From Dehalococcoidia bacterium (GTDB lineage Bacteria; Chloroflexota; Dehalococcoidia; Lucifugimonadales; UBA2962): a stretch of DNA of 64,000 nucleotides. Position 1 is the first letter of the stretch. Each line of letters begins with the position of its first letter. Below, in pieces: positions 37,569 to 48,557 of this stretch. The translations under genes and the position numbers were made by a program. The stretch is from contig OZ244723.1 in NCBI GenBank assembly GCA_965219325.1, forward strand, positions 2,090,158 to 2,154,157, read 5' to 3'. The notes below the pieces were generated by a model that was given only the letters and a program-made list of their open reading frames with translations, was not told where the DNA came from and ran no database searches.

Positions 37569-38926
37569 CGGACGTGGCTGATTCGGAATCGAACTCCGGA
37601 GGCGGGGCAAGACCGCAAACGGTCTTGCAGGGACTTGCCGGTGGGTCGGTCACCGAGCCCTTGTCTGACCACGAAATTGACGGATTGACACCGGAAGCGG
37701 TGTTTGCCCCCGATACCCTCGAAGCCCTATGCGCAGCACTGGCGACCTGCAACGGCGAGCGCTTGGCCGTCTCGCCCGTCGGGGGTCTTACGCGGACCAA
37801 AATCGGCAAGATTCCGGCCCGATACGACGTCGCCATCAATACGAGCCGCCTCAGGGACCTAGTCTCTCACAACCACGCCGACCTCACGGCCACAGTAGAG
37901 GCCGGGATTACCGTTTGGTCGCTGCAAGAGTCTCTTGCCGAGCACGGCCAGTTCGTAGCTATCGACCCTCCCCTGCCCGATCAGGCAACCGTAGGCGGGA
38001 CATTGGCTCTGGGAACCTCCGGGCCACTGAGGTGGCAAGGTTGGGGGCTCCGTGACATCGTGATCGGCATGAAAGTGGCCTCAGCAAGTGGCGAACTGAC
38101 CAAGAGCGGAGGCCAGGTCGTAAAGAACGTAAGCGGCTATGACATGTCCCGACTCCACATCGGCGGGCTTGGTACGCTTGGGCTCATCGCCGAGGCGTCG
38201 TTCAAACTCACTCCCCTGCCGGCCGGTCAGGCCACTATCCTTGCCTCCTTCCGAAGACCGGCCGATGCCTTCAAGGCCGGGATGTCGGTGTTCCACGGCC
38301 GGAGTTCGCCCCTAGCCACAACGTTGCTGAGCCCAGTCGCAGCGCAAAGGCTCGACCTGATCCGAAAGGGGAGCCATCACCTGGCGGTAAGGTTGCACGG
38401 GCGGCCTCGCACGCTAGAGCGCATGATCGACGAGGCCGCTGCAGTCTGTAGTCGCAACGAGACTCTGGAAATGGATCGCCTAGAAGGCGCCGAGCACGAG
38501 CGAATATGGCGCGCGGTAGCAGATTTCGGATGGGACGAATCGACAAGGCCAGCCGCTTCCGTCAGAATCTCCCTTCCCCCGGCCACCGTCGGCGAAGTGC
38601 TGGCAACTCTTGAGAGCGCTGCAGCAGCACGCGGCCTAATGCCCGCCATAGTGGCACACGTTCCCTCCGGCATCGTGCTGGTACACCTTTACTCCCCTGG
38701 TATGCCAATCGATCTAGGTGCCTTGGCACAAGTTATCGCCGATGCTCGCAAGCTCACCAGGCAGCGCCGGGGTACCGCTGTGCTAGAACAGGCCCCTCTC
38801 AAGGCCAAACGAAGCATCGATGTTTGGGACGGAGGAGGCGAGGCGATGGCGATCATGAGACGGCTCAAGGATCAATACGACCCCGATCACACCCTTAACC
38901 CCGGGCGGTTTGTCGGTGGGATCTGA
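37565..38926 (+). CDS. glcE: Glycolate oxidase-like FAD-binding subunit
   Basis: SGGQVVKNVSGYDMSRL.IGGLGTLGLI; C-terminal LKDQYDP..LNPGR. Confidence 0.85.
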   Translation: MTDVADSESNSGGGARPQTVLQGLAGGSVTEPLSDHEIDGLTPEAVFAPDTLEALCAALATCNGERLAVSPVGGLTRTKIGKIPARYDVAINTSRLRDLVSHNHADLTATVEAGITVWSLQESLAEHGQFVAIDPPLPDQATVGGTLALGTSGPLRWQGWGLRDIVIGMKVASASGELTKSGGQVVKNVSGYDMSRLHIGGLGTLGLIAEASFKLTPLPAGQATILASFRRPADAFKAGMSVFHGRSSPLATTLLSPVAAQRLDLIRKGSHHLAVRLHGRPRTLERMIDEAAAVCSRNETLEMDRLEGAEHERIWRAVADFGWDESTRPAASVRISLPPATVGEVLATLESAAAARGLMPAIVAHVPSGIVLVHLYSPGMPIDLGALAQVIADARKLTRQRRGTAVLEQAPLKAKRSIDVWDGGGEAMAIMRRLKDQYDPDHTLNPGRFVGGI

Positions 38927-40418
38927 TGAGCAAGCATCGGCGGGGCCCGTGACCGAGGACATTTCTTTCCCCCCTCACTCCCTGAATCGGGTTACGCCCG
39001 CGCCCGGTTTCGACACGCACGACGCGCCCGCAGAGGAGGATCTTTACAAGTGCGTCCACTGCGGCTTTTGCCTTCAGGTCTGCCCCACCTACCTACAAAC
39101 CGGCCTCGAGACCGAATCTCCCAGGGGCCGAATAGCGTTGATGAAGGCGGTCAACGAAGGACGGTTGGGGATCGGAGAAGACGTCTACAGGCACTGGGAC
39201 ATGTGTATTCAGTGCCGAGCCTGCGAAGACGTCTGCCCATCGGGAGTGCCCTACGGACGGCTCATCGAAAAGACCATGGTGCAGGTGGAGAGGCGGAGAA
39301 GGGTCTCCCTTATGGGCCGCTTCATATCTTGGCTGGTGATCGGAAGAATCCTCCCCGACCAGAACGCTCTGACCGGCGTGGTGGGTACTCTCAGGTTGTA
39401 CCAGCGATCTGGGATACAGCGAGCCCTTCGGCTGTCAGGGCTTCTAAAGCTGATCCCAGGGAAGATCGCCGATCTAGAGCGTTCGCTGCCCAATACACCG
39501 GATGCCTTCTTCGCCGCCGAAGGCCAGACATACCAGGCTCAAGGCCAGCCCCGCGCTTCGGTGGCACTGCTTTCGGGATGCGTGATGCCACTTGTCCATG
39601 GGCCACAGATACGGTCAGTTGTAAGGGTTCTGAACCGAAACGGGGTGGAGGCGTTCGTACCAAAGTCACAGGTGTGCTGCGGGGCAATTCACACGCACGT
39701 CGGCGACATTGAACGAGCGCGCGACCTAGCACGCCGCAATGTGGACGCCTTCCTAGCGCTACCCGTCGACGCCGTCGTCACCGCTTCGGCAGGTTGCGGA
39801 ACCAGGATGAAGGAATACGGTGAACTCCTCTGTGATGATCAGCTGTACGCTCAGAGGGCGAGGGATCTTTCCGAGAAGGTACTTGATATTCACGAGTTTC
39901 TGAGCGACCTGCCAATCGAGCCTCCAAAGGGCACTCTCGACTACAAAGTTACCTATCAGGATGCCTGCCATCTTTCCCACACCCAGGGAGTGCGAGAACA
40001 GCCTCGTGCCCTTATCGAATCTATCCCGGGAATTCGCTTGGTAGAGATGCCTGACTCGACTCTCTGTTGCGGAGCGGGCGGGACATACACAATCACCCAG
40101 AGGGACATGTCCCTTAGGCTCCTGGACGACAAGATGGCATCAATTGAAGGTACCGGCGCCACCGTCGTAGCTACGGGCAACCCAGGCTGCATGATGCAGC
40201 TACAGTACGGGACCGACCGTGGCAACGCCCGGATCGAGGTTAAGTACGTAACCGATCTACTCGATGAGGCGTACCTTGCAGAGAGGACAACTGGCGTTAA
40301 GGTACGACCCACCAGGCAGTCACACGATGGCGATTCGGGCTGGGAGGAAGAGAGACATGAACTTAGGTCTAAGTGGAAGAGCCGCCCTGGTGACCGGCGG
40401 CAGCGACGGGATAGGTAA
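38910..40418 (+). CDS. glcF: Glycolate oxidase-like Fe-S subunit
   Basis: CVHCGFCLQVCPT, ESPRGRI, CIQCRACEDVCPSGV, CCGA, YQDACHL, NPGC. Confidence 0.88.
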   Translation: MSVGSDEQASAGPVTEDISFPPHSLNRVTPAPGFDTHDAPAEEDLYKCVHCGFCLQVCPTYLQTGLETESPRGRIALMKAVNEGRLGIGEDVYRHWDMCIQCRACEDVCPSGVPYGRLIEKTMVQVERRRRVSLMGRFISWLVIGRILPDQNALTGVVGTLRLYQRSGIQRALRLSGLLKLIPGKIADLERSLPNTPDAFFAAEGQTYQAQGQPRASVALLSGCVMPLVHGPQIRSVVRVLNRNGVEAFVPKSQVCCGAIHTHVGDIERARDLARRNVDAFLALPVDAVVTASAGCGTRMKEYGELLCDDQLYAQRARDLSEKVLDIHEFLSDLPIEPPKGTLDYKVTYQDACHLSHTQGVREQPRALIESIPGIRLVEMPDSTLCCGAGGTYTITQRDMSLRLLDDKMASIEGTGATVVATGNPGCMMQLQYGTDRGNARIEVKYVTDLLDEAYLAERTTGVKVRPTRQSHDGDSGWEEERHELRSKWKSRPGDRRQRRDR

Positions 40419-41139
40419 GGCTACAGCTCATCGACTAGCGGCCGAGGGGACATCAGTTGGCATCACTGCCCGTCGAACCGATCATCTGCGGGCAGCAGCC
40501 CGTGAGATAGCGGAATCGACCGGCAGGCAGGTGCTCGCGCTGCCGGGAGACGTGACCGAGCCCGATCAGATCCAGTCGGCCGTCGACGAAGCAGCGGCGG
40601 TCTTCGGCCGTCTGGACATACTCGTCAGCAATGCAGGAAGGTCCGCGGCTGGCCATGTCGACGCTGTCAGAGACGGTGAATGGAGGGAGGACCTCGACCT
40701 AAAGCTGATGGGCGCAGTCCTAGGTGCGCGAGCAGCTGCAACTCACATGCGCCGACAGGGCGGCGGGCGGATAATCAACATCACCACGCCGGCCGGCAAG
40801 GCACCCAGGGGCGGAAGCGTCCCGACCTCCGTGAGTCGCGCCGCCGGCATCGCACTGACCAAGGCTATGTCCCTCGACTACGCCGCCGACCGGATCACCG
40901 TAAACACGGTCTGCATCGGGCTGATCAAGAGCGCTCAGCATGAGCGCTCTTGGCAGGACTCCGGCAGGCAACTGACCCTAGACGAGTGGTACGAAAGGCT
41001 GGGTTCTGGCGTGCCGCTTGGCAGGGTCGGCGAAGCAGCCGAGGCGGCCGATCTGATAGCGTTCTTGGCATCTGAACGAGCAGCCTACATAACCGGCACG
41101 GCCGTGAACATCGACGGAGGAATGTCACCGGTCGTATAG
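40357..41139 (+). CDS. Short-chain dehydrogenase/reductase
   Basis: MNLGLSGRAALVTGGSDGIG, LVSNAG, SRAAG, YITGT...DGG. Confidence 0.9.
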   Translation: MNLGLSGRAALVTGGSDGIGKATAHRLAAEGTSVGITARRTDHLRAAAREIAESTGRQVLALPGDVTEPDQIQSAVDEAAAVFGRLDILVSNAGRSAAGHVDAVRDGEWREDLDLKLMGAVLGARAAATHMRRQGGGRIINITTPAGKAPRGGSVPTSVSRAAGIALTKAMSLDYAADRITVNTVCIGLIKSAQHERSWQDSGRQLTLDEWYERLGSGVPLGRVGEAAEAADLIAFLASERAAYITGTAVNIDGGMSPVV

Positions 41140-41235
41140 ATGCACCTCCCCATCGCCAAAAGCCCGTTCTCACCGAGCCGTCCGGTGGAGGGATTACAAT
41201 CGCACCGGCGCTCTTGGGCAAGATTCTGCGGTGCT

Positions 41236-42318
41236 TTAGGGTCGGACTCGGACCGCCCTTTGCATCAACAGGTGATCGCATAGCACGAGCGCTACCATCG
41301 CCTCGACCATCGGAACCGCCCTGGGAAGCACGCAAGGGTCGTGGCGACCCCGGCCGGAAATGGTAACCGGGTTGCCATGCTCATCAACGGTGTCCTGCTC
41401 TACGGCTATGGTGGCTGTAGGCTTGAAGGCCGCACGTACTACGATGTTTTCTCCGGTGGAGATGCCGCCCTGAACCCCTCCTGACCGGTTGGTTCGTGTG
41501 CGTATCCGGCCTCCCTCGCTGTAGAAGGGGTCATTGTGCGTAGATCCTGTCATCTCGGCCCCGGCAAACCCCGAGCCTATCTCGAATCCCTTGCATGCCG
41601 GCAATGACAGAAGGCCCCTTGCAAGGTCGGCTTCTAGCTTGTCGAAGACGGGCTCCCCTAGCCCGGGTGGGACGCCACGTGCCACGGCCTCGACAACGCC
41701 CCCCAAAGAGTCCCCTTCCTTGCGCGCCTGTCTTATACGTTCAATGATCTTCTCGACCATGTCCGGGTCGGGCACTCGCGCCACGTTGGCCTCCACCGCT
41801 CGACGCTCAACGGTGTCGGGATCTACATCCACCTCCATGGTCCAGACCTTCTTGACGTAGCCAATCACCTCCACACCCACTTCGGCCAGTATCTTTGACG
41901 CGACAGCCCCTGCAGCGACACGACCGACCGTCTCCCGGGCGCTCGCTCGCCCACCGCCCTGCCAGTTTCGGATGCCGTACTTGGCGTGATAGGTATAGTC
42001 CGCGTGCGATGGCCGGAAGACGGACCTAATGTGCTCGTAGTCCCTAGCCCTCGCGTCTTTGTTTCGCACCATGATCAGTATCGGAGTGCCCAGGGTACGG
42101 CCCTCAAACAGACCGGACAGTATCTCGGCGCGGTCATCTTCTCGACGTTGGGTGGTTATTTCGCTCTGCCCCGGGCGTCGGCGGTCCAGCTCCGCCTGAA
42201 CATCTGAGACATGCAGTTCCAGGTTGGGTGGACAGCCATCGACAACCACGCCTACGGCACCGCCGTGTGACTCTCCCCACGTAGTTGTGCGAAAGATGTT
42301 CCCGAAAGTGCTGCCCAC
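41236..42318 (-). CDS. aroC: Chorismate synthase
   Basis: GESHG, RRRPGQ, RPSHAD, RASARET, GDSLGG, GGISTG, KPTATI, GRHDPC. Confidence 0.97.
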   Translation of the reverse strand: MGSTFGNIFRTTTWGESHGGAVGVVVDGCPPNLELHVSDVQAELDRRRPGQSEITTQRREDDRAEILSGLFEGRTLGTPILIMVRNKDARARDYEHIRSVFRPSHADYTYHAKYGIRNWQGGGRASARETVGRVAAGAVASKILAEVGVEVIGYVKKVWTMEVDVDPDTVERRAVEANVARVPDPDMVEKIIERIRQARKEGDSLGGVVEAVARGVPPGLGEPVFDKLEADLARGLLSLPACKGFEIGSGFAGAEMTGSTHNDPFYSEGGRIRTRTNRSGGVQGGISTGENIVVRAAFKPTATIAVEQDTVDEHGNPVTISGRGRHDPCVLPRAVPMVEAMVALVLCDHLLMQRAVRVRP

Positions 42319-42338
42319 CGCGCTATGGTACCATCAGA

Positions 42339-42471
42339 GCACCGCGGCCCCTTGGCAGTGCGGTGCAGAGTTAGCGGAGCGGGTCCGGGCCGAACACCCG
42401 CGAGGGCCTACCTGTCTGGGCCAAGCCCAGGCGGGGTGAGCGCACCTCGTGGCCCGGACCCCAATTTTTTT
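42339..42471 (+). ncRNA. Candidate structured non-coding RNA ending in a T7 run
   Basis: 5' hairpin GCACCGC/GCGGTGC; 11-bp stem GGGTCCGGGCC/GGCCCGGACCC enclosing two hairpins; TGGTACCAT extended -10-like element upstream. Confidence 0.4.
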
Positions 42472-42763
42472 GGTGGCGGATATCGGGGCGGACAGACTCT
42501 GCTTTTCTCTCGTAAACACCATCTCAAAGCCGGGCTCTTGAGCGGCCAGGATCGTTCGAAAAACGGCCTGTCCAAGGTTTCGAGAGCCCAATTGTTCTGA
42601 GCGTAGAAGCTGAAAGGTGCCGAAAGGGGAGCCAAATCTCTCCTTGCTCGATTTTGTCGCCCGAGCCTAGACTGGCATGAATGGACTCGGACTTACCGGC
42701 CTCCCCTGCCTCCCTCGCTGACAACCCTCCCCACATAGTTAGCCCCCCGCATCGAACTTCTCG

Positions 42764-44029
42764 TTGAAGGCAGGCCAAGCCTCGCCTCCGGCGCCAGCGA
42801 GGACACGTCGCCGACGCCCACCGGCGTGGTGGAGACATACCTTCTCCTCCCTGTCACAGAGGAACTTTCGCTATATGTGGCTCGGGATGCTCGCTTTCAT
42901 GAGCAGCGTGCAGATGTCCTTTGTTGCGATGGGCTACCTTGCGTATGACCTGACGGACTCGGCGTCGATGCTCGGCTTCGTGCACGGAGCCCAAGCTGTT
43001 CCGATGCTAGTCCTGTCACCTTTCGGAGGGTTCGTCGCCGATAGATTCGATAGAAAGCGGGCCATGCAGATCGGTCAAGTTACTGCCGGTGCAATTGCGC
43101 TGCTGGTGGGGCTGGCGATCTGGGGCGGATATATTCACTGGTCCCACCTTATCCTGATGGGTTTTACCTACGGCACGGTCTTCGCATTCACCATGCCAGC
43201 AAGGCAGGCATCCGTACCGGATCTGGTCGACCGGCGTCAGCTAAGCAACGCGGTGGCGCTGAATGGTGCCCTGCTAAGCGCAACATTCTTGATAGCCCCG
43301 GGCATCGGCGGCGCGCTCTACGCACTCAGCGGCCCTGAGGTAGTCTTCTTCGTCATAGCGGGCTTGGCCTGCATCTCCGTGTTTCTCACCGGTGCACTTC
43401 CCACACTGAAGCCAGCCCAGCACAAGGCTCGGTCGGTCATCCAAGAGATATGGGAAGGCCTACAGTATGTCGGCCGCTCGCCGCTAATCCGCCTGTTGCT
43501 ACTCCTGACCCTGGTGACCGCCTCGCTGGCTATCCCATTCCGCTTCGTTTTGCCGGTGTTTGTCGTAGATGTTTATGAGCGAGGGCCCGAGGCTCTGGGT
43601 CTCTTGGTAAGCGTTATGGGCGCCGGATCACTGGTGGGGGCGCTCGGGTTGGCAGCGGTGCGCGGACTGAGGCGGGGTATGGCCCTAATCCTAGCGAGCG
43701 TGGCTTCAGGGGCCGCGCTGCTGGCTGTAGCCGCGGTACCCATTTATGCCGTCGCCGCAGTGTTAATGGCCATCCTGGGGGTGGCGGACTCGGGGCGCCG
43801 CACGTTGACCCACTCGCTGATGATGGAGCATGGCGATCCCGAGTTCCGGGGCAGGACGATGAGTCTCTATCTCATGAGCTTCGGGGTGGTACCCCTGGTA
43901 GTCGTGCCGGTGGGAGTGGCAATTGAGCAGTTTGACGGTCGGGTGGTGATCGGTGCCATGGCGGTCCTACTATTGGCGGCGTCTGCTGCCATGCTGCTTA
44001 CCCAAAAGGACTTGCGAGGGCTGAGGTGA
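42764..44029 (+). CDS. MFS transporter
   Basis: About 12 hydrophobic segments, GGFVADRFDRKR motif A, FRGR..SLY. Confidence 0.92.
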   Translation: MKAGQASPPAPARTRRRRPPAWWRHTFSSLSQRNFRYMWLGMLAFMSSVQMSFVAMGYLAYDLTDSASMLGFVHGAQAVPMLVLSPFGGFVADRFDRKRAMQIGQVTAGAIALLVGLAIWGGYIHWSHLILMGFTYGTVFAFTMPARQASVPDLVDRRQLSNAVALNGALLSATFLIAPGIGGALYALSGPEVVFFVIAGLACISVFLTGALPTLKPAQHKARSVIQEIWEGLQYVGRSPLIRLLLLLTLVTASLAIPFRFVLPVFVVDVYERGPEALGLLVSVMGAGSLVGALGLAAVRGLRRGMALILASVASGAALLAVAAVPIYAVAAVLMAILGVADSGRRTLTHSLMMEHGDPEFRGRTMSLYLMSFGVVPLVVVPVGVAIEQFDGRVVIGAMAVLLLAASAAMLLTQKDLRGLR

Positions 44030-44033
44030 GACC

Positions 44034-45005
44034 TTGAGAAAGGCAATGCGGATCGGACTGGTGGGGTTCGGCTACTGGGCCCGCGTCTCTTACCTTCCGC
44101 TGATAGAGGAGATGACAGACGCAAGGGTCGTAAGCGTCGCCGCACGAACAGAGAAGTCCCGGATGGCCGCTCGAGAGGAACTGGGTGAGGGATTGAGGCC
44201 TTTTGCAAGCTACTCAGACCTGATCAAGACCGGCGATGCGGAAGCAGTATTGATAGCGCTGACGCCTGAACTCAACGCCTCGGCCGCGGCCGAGGCACTA
44301 GAGGCCGGCCTACACACCTTTGTAGAACCTCCGTTTGCAAGCCCCGAGGACACCGAGAGGATGCTGACTCTCGCAGAGTCTGGATCCGCGATCTTGCATG
44401 TAGATGTGGAGCCTAGGTACCTGCCTGCTGTTCAGGTTCTGCGCAGGCTGTTTGGTGACGAGGGAGAGCTCGGCGTCCTGCACTCATGCCACCTAGAGCA
44501 TGAAATGGTCCTGGCCAGCGAATACCGTCGGTCGAGCATGATATTCGGCCTCGGACCATGGTATGTCGACCTTCTGGACAGCCTTATCGAGAGTCCGGCT
44601 AAACGGATAGACATGATGCCTGCCAAAGTCCGAGGAGATGGCCTAGTCTTGACTGGCCGAGCCGAAATCGGGTATGAATCCGGTGCCAGATCGTCTTGGG
44701 CCTTCAGCTTTGAAGGGCCTCGCGTTCTTCGCCTCAAGGTTACGCTGAAAGGGGAGGCAGGAGAGGCTACAGCCGATCTGACTTCGGGAGAATACCTGTG
44801 GCGGCGCAAAGGCGGCGACTGGAAATCGGGGATTGCCGACTGTACTAGACCCGAGGCGGGCTTTGTAGGCATGCGGGAAAGCCTACGCGCATTCATCTCT
44901 GCGGCGCGTGGCCAGGGCAGGACGATGTCGGGCCCCGATGTAATCCGTCGCACTCAGCCGGTGCTAGTTGAACTGCGAAAGCAGGAGTCTGAAATCTGCA
45001 GGTAG
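44034..45005 (+). CDS. Gfo/Idh/MocA family oxidoreductase (divergent)
   Basis: IGLVGFGYWA, DAEAVLIALTP, ALEAGLHTFVEPP. Confidence 0.8.
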   Translation: MRKAMRIGLVGFGYWARVSYLPLIEEMTDARVVSVAARTEKSRMAAREELGEGLRPFASYSDLIKTGDAEAVLIALTPELNASAAAEALEAGLHTFVEPPFASPEDTERMLTLAESGSAILHVDVEPRYLPAVQVLRRLFGDEGELGVLHSCHLEHEMVLASEYRRSSMIFGLGPWYVDLLDSLIESPAKRIDMMPAKVRGDGLVLTGRAEIGYESGARSSWAFSFEGPRVLRLKVTLKGEAGEATADLTSGEYLWRRKGGDWKSGIADCTRPEAGFVGMRESLRAFISAARGQGRTMSGPDVIRRTQPVLVELRKQESEICR

Positions 45006-45387
45006 CAGGCTCGACTAGCCAGATCGATAACCTAACACGCCAATGAGAGTAACCCTCGGAGGACGAGCGGATAGCAGCCCGCCGCATAACTCTGCAAATG
45101 GCAGGACTTCTGGACTTTGGGCCGACTTCTCGCTGACACCGACATCGCCGAGCATTTCGTAATTGTGCCGACCCAAGACTGGCTCCCGAACAGGGCCGGA
45201 AAACTCGCCTCTCCGCTAAAGATTGGGGCGTCTTATCTCTGGCCCTCCGAGGAGAAATGGGAGTATCTCACCTCCCAAAACACCGAGCGCTCCCTGTGGC
45301 GCGAGGAGGCCGCCTAGCTATGCAAATTCTGAATGCTAAAAAGTCCAATTTGTCGCTGGAGCATATTACGTCGGCGATCCAGGTTAC

Positions 45388-45744
45388 GTGATGGATGAGG
45401 GCAGCTATTATGAGCTCCACAAAATAACCGACATTTACGACTTTCGGGTATCACGTGATCGCCGGGCCGTCTCGTTTCCGACGCTACGCGGAGACGGCAT
45501 GTTCTATGATTACTCCGGCAACCGTTACCCTGTCGATACCGGTAATCTCGGCGTAGTGCCACTCGATGCGATGGTCGTTAACGACTCCATAGCCAATATG
45601 GTTGATAGGGTCTTCTCAACCTTTGGGTTACCATATCTAACGTTCGGCCGGATTTTCAGGTTCGACGCCCCGTTCATTTGCGAACTAGACGACCAATTGC
45701 TTTACTTGCGGATCGGCAAGATAGAGATCGACCTGAGGAGCTAG
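45388..45744 (+). CDS. Hypothetical protein
   Basis: 118-aa ORF of lower GC; no family recognised. Confidence 0.4.
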   Translation: MMDEGSYYELHKITDIYDFRVSRDRRAVSFPTLRGDGMFYDYSGNRYPVDTGNLGVVPLDAMVVNDSIANMVDRVFSTFGLPYLTFGRIFRFDAPFICELDDQLLYLRIGKIEIDLRS

Positions 45745-45807
45745 CCGACATTTCTCTGCCGCCCTCCGGGAGGCATTCGAACTAGAAAGAGCGCTTCTCC
45801 GGACCGG

Positions 45808-46065
45808 CTAGCCGTCCTCTTTACGATCCCGCGGCTCGCGAAAGTTCCTCGACGAGCTAGAGACGGACGGCTCGATCACCATCGAGCGTTTCACCGTGAA
45901 TCGGCCCACGACCTCAAGGTCGACCGTGTTGGCGGGACGGTCGACACCGAGCAAAAGACCCTCCCAGACGATGGCGCCGAATGGGCTGTAAGCACAGAGA
46001 ATCATGTACAGCGCTTTCCTATCGTCCGTGTTCCCTTCTACTCGCGTGTCCCAATAGAGTGACAT
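45808..46065 (-). CDS. Hypothetical protein
   Basis: 85-aa ORF with plausible AAGAG RBS; no family recognised. Confidence 0.3.
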   Translation of the reverse strand: MSLYWDTRVEGNTDDRKALYMILCAYSPFGAIVWEGLLLGVDRPANTVDLEVVGRFTVKRSMVIEPSVSSSSRNFREPRDRKEDG

Positions 46066-46796
46066 GGACGTTCTCTTAGGCCCTTTATGGACACCAAACG
46101 GACAACCAAGCTCGATGCCAAGCTCGTCTCAATACCCTTTACGTTCTCCAGCCTCAAATGATTAGAGAAATGCTGTCAGATGAGGTCTTCAAGCTCGTTT
46201 CTCACGCCTGCCTTAGAGGCATCTTCGCACACGCTTGTATAGCCGTTCTTTCGTTCTTGTTTCTCAGTGGGTCCAACACCAAAGATCAACAGACTAGGCT
46301 TACCCAGCCGTCAAGACAAAACTCCGTAAGACGGCCCCAGCTTTCGGCCCCGATAGCACGGCCGTACAATCTCGCAATTTAACAACCTGACGTCGAAAAC
46401 GAGTCCGGGACGTACCCTGTCCCGACTCTCGACTTCAGAAAACTCCAACAGGCTAGCTATTCCAATCCCGGTTTTGGCACCACACTCCCTGCCAACACTC
46501 GGGCGGATATCGTTGAGCCGAGACGGACAGGCGCCGATCAACTCCGGCCTGTTGATCCTTCTGATCATCGCGGGTGACCACGAGGCGGCCTTTTGGGCAA
46601 GCGGGATAGTTGAGTACGAATTCCGAGCTGCGGACAGTTCGTCATTGACAGGGTCGCCGTCGCCGAGCGATCAACGTGGGCGAAAGGTCGAGAACGGCTG
46701 TACACAGGGCCAGAGAGGTGATAGGGTCTAGCCGTGCCGCGTTTCGAAATCCAAGATTTACGGCACGCGACTTGACATAGAGGGGCCAATTCCGAC

Positions 46797-48431
46797 GTGC
46801 GACCAATAGCGGAGATCGCCAAGAGATTGGGGCTCGATCCCAAGCTGCTAATCCCCTACGGACACTACAAGGCCAAGATCCCTCTGGACGCGTTGGGCCG
46901 AGAAGGCGGTCGCGGCAAATTGATCGTGATCACTGGCATGACTCCAACGCCCGCTGGGGAGGGCAAGACGACCACCGCTGTGGGGCTTGCCCAGGGTATG
47001 GGGCAACTCGGGGTCAACGTAGTTACCACCCTGCGTGAACCGTCCCTTGGCCCAATCTTCGGCATCAAGGGCGGCGGCACAGGCGGCGGCAAATCTCGTA
47101 TCGAGCCCGAGGATGAAGTGAACGTCCACTTTACCGGTGACGCTCATGCTGTCGGCTCAGCCCACAACCTGCTGGCCGCACTTACGGACAACGCCGTACA
47201 GCGAGGGCTGGTGGCCAGCATGACCCCCGCAGGGATAACCCTTCGGCGTGTGTCGGACATGGAGGAACGATCGCTGCGACAGATTGCCACAGGACTTGGT
47301 GGCGTAAACAACGCCCCGGTTCGGGAGACAGGCTTCGACATTGTCACCGCTTCCGAGGTTATGGCGATACTCGCATTGAGCACGGACCTCGAGGACCTCA
47401 GGGCAAGGCTCAGCCGGATGGTGGTCGGTTTCGCCGACGACGGCCGAGGGGTAACGGCGGCCGACGTTGGCGCGGTTGGCTCGATGATGTCGCTGCTTCG
47501 CCACGCCCTTCTACCCAATCTCGTCCAGACCACCGAAGGTCAACCAGTCATCGTCCATACGGGTCCGTTTGGCAATATCGCCCATGGGTGCAGCTCGGTG
47601 GTCGGGGATCGTCTCGCGCTCTCGTATGCGGACTACGTGCTCACTGAAGCCGGCTTTGGCGCGGACCTAGGATTCGAGAAGTTTATGCACATTAAGGCAC
47701 GCACCTCAGGCCTGCATCCACAGGGTGCGGTGATCGTGGCCACAATAAAGGCGCTTAAGTACCACGGCGGTGTGAAAGTCAGGGATCTAGATCCTCCCAA
47801 TCTCTCGGCAGTTGAGGCGGGCCTGGACAACTTGACGCACCTCATCGGGGTTATCCGTTCTTTCGGACTGCCCGTGGTTGTCGCTTTGAACCGCTTTCCC
47901 ACAGATACACCCGATGAGCTTCGCATCGCCGCGCAGGGTAGCGAGGACGCCGGTGCAGCCGCGACTGTCGAGAGCAGTCCTTTCACCGATGGGGGCTCGG
48001 GGTGCAGAGACTTGGCGGAGGCGCTGATCGCAGCGACCGACGACTCCGCACGTACGGGAGACCCGGTGATCGACTACGCTTACGACCTGTCGGACTCTCT
48101 GGAGGACAAGGTCCTCGCATTGGCCCGCAGGGTCTACAATGCGGCCGATGCAACCTGGAGTCTGGCCGCGCGAAGGCAACTGCGCCGCTTCCGCGAGCTG
48201 GGATGGGAAGACTTGCCCGTGTGCATGGCCAAGACGCACCTGTCGATCAGCCACAGGGCTGGGCTCAAGGGCCGTCCCTCTGGCTACACTTTTGAGGTCA
48301 GCGACGTACGGGCGTCCGTGGGCGCAGGGTTCATATACCCGATCGCGGGGAACATAGTCACGATGCCTGGATTGCCAACTAGACCGCGCTCCCTCGACGT
48401 CGACGAAGATGGGGCCATCATAGGTCTTTAG
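46797..48431 (+). CDS. fhs: Formate-tetrahydrofolate ligase
   Basis: TPTPAGEGKTT, LREPSLGP.FGIKGG, HFTGD, HTGPFGNIAHG, TEAGFGADLG.EKF, CMAKT, TMPGLP. Confidence 0.96.
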   Translation: MRPIAEIAKRLGLDPKLLIPYGHYKAKIPLDALGREGGRGKLIVITGMTPTPAGEGKTTTAVGLAQGMGQLGVNVVTTLREPSLGPIFGIKGGGTGGGKSRIEPEDEVNVHFTGDAHAVGSAHNLLAALTDNAVQRGLVASMTPAGITLRRVSDMEERSLRQIATGLGGVNNAPVRETGFDIVTASEVMAILALSTDLEDLRARLSRMVVGFADDGRGVTAADVGAVGSMMSLLRHALLPNLVQTTEGQPVIVHTGPFGNIAHGCSSVVGDRLALSYADYVLTEAGFGADLGFEKFMHIKARTSGLHPQGAVIVATIKALKYHGGVKVRDLDPPNLSAVEAGLDNLTHLIGVIRSFGLPVVVALNRFPTDTPDELRIAAQGSEDAGAAATVESSPFTDGGSGCRDLAEALIAATDDSARTGDPVIDYAYDLSDSLEDKVLALARRVYNAADATWSLAARRQLRRFRELGWEDLPVCMAKTHLSISHRAGLKGRPSGYTFEVSDVRASVGAGFIYPIAGNIVTMPGLPTRPRSLDVDEDGAIIGL

Positions 48432-48557
48432 TATCCAGTTGGCCTATGCCTACCGATTTGACGGACGGTTGGCGCCCGCGCAAGGGACGAGGCAAATGTA
48501 GCCCTTTCCCGTGAGGGGATGCCGAGAGAAGTAAGCTGCGACTGTTTGACAATCCCC

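Noticed and set aside
40280-40418. glcF C-terminal extension overlapping the SDR by 62 bp
   Set aside because: The tail is unstructured-looking and best explained by a lost stop codon; no evidence of function
42319-42345. T-box antiterminator upstream of aroC
   Set aside because: Only GATGGTACCAT resembles GGTGGTACCGCG; no stem I/specifier loop or following terminator on that strand
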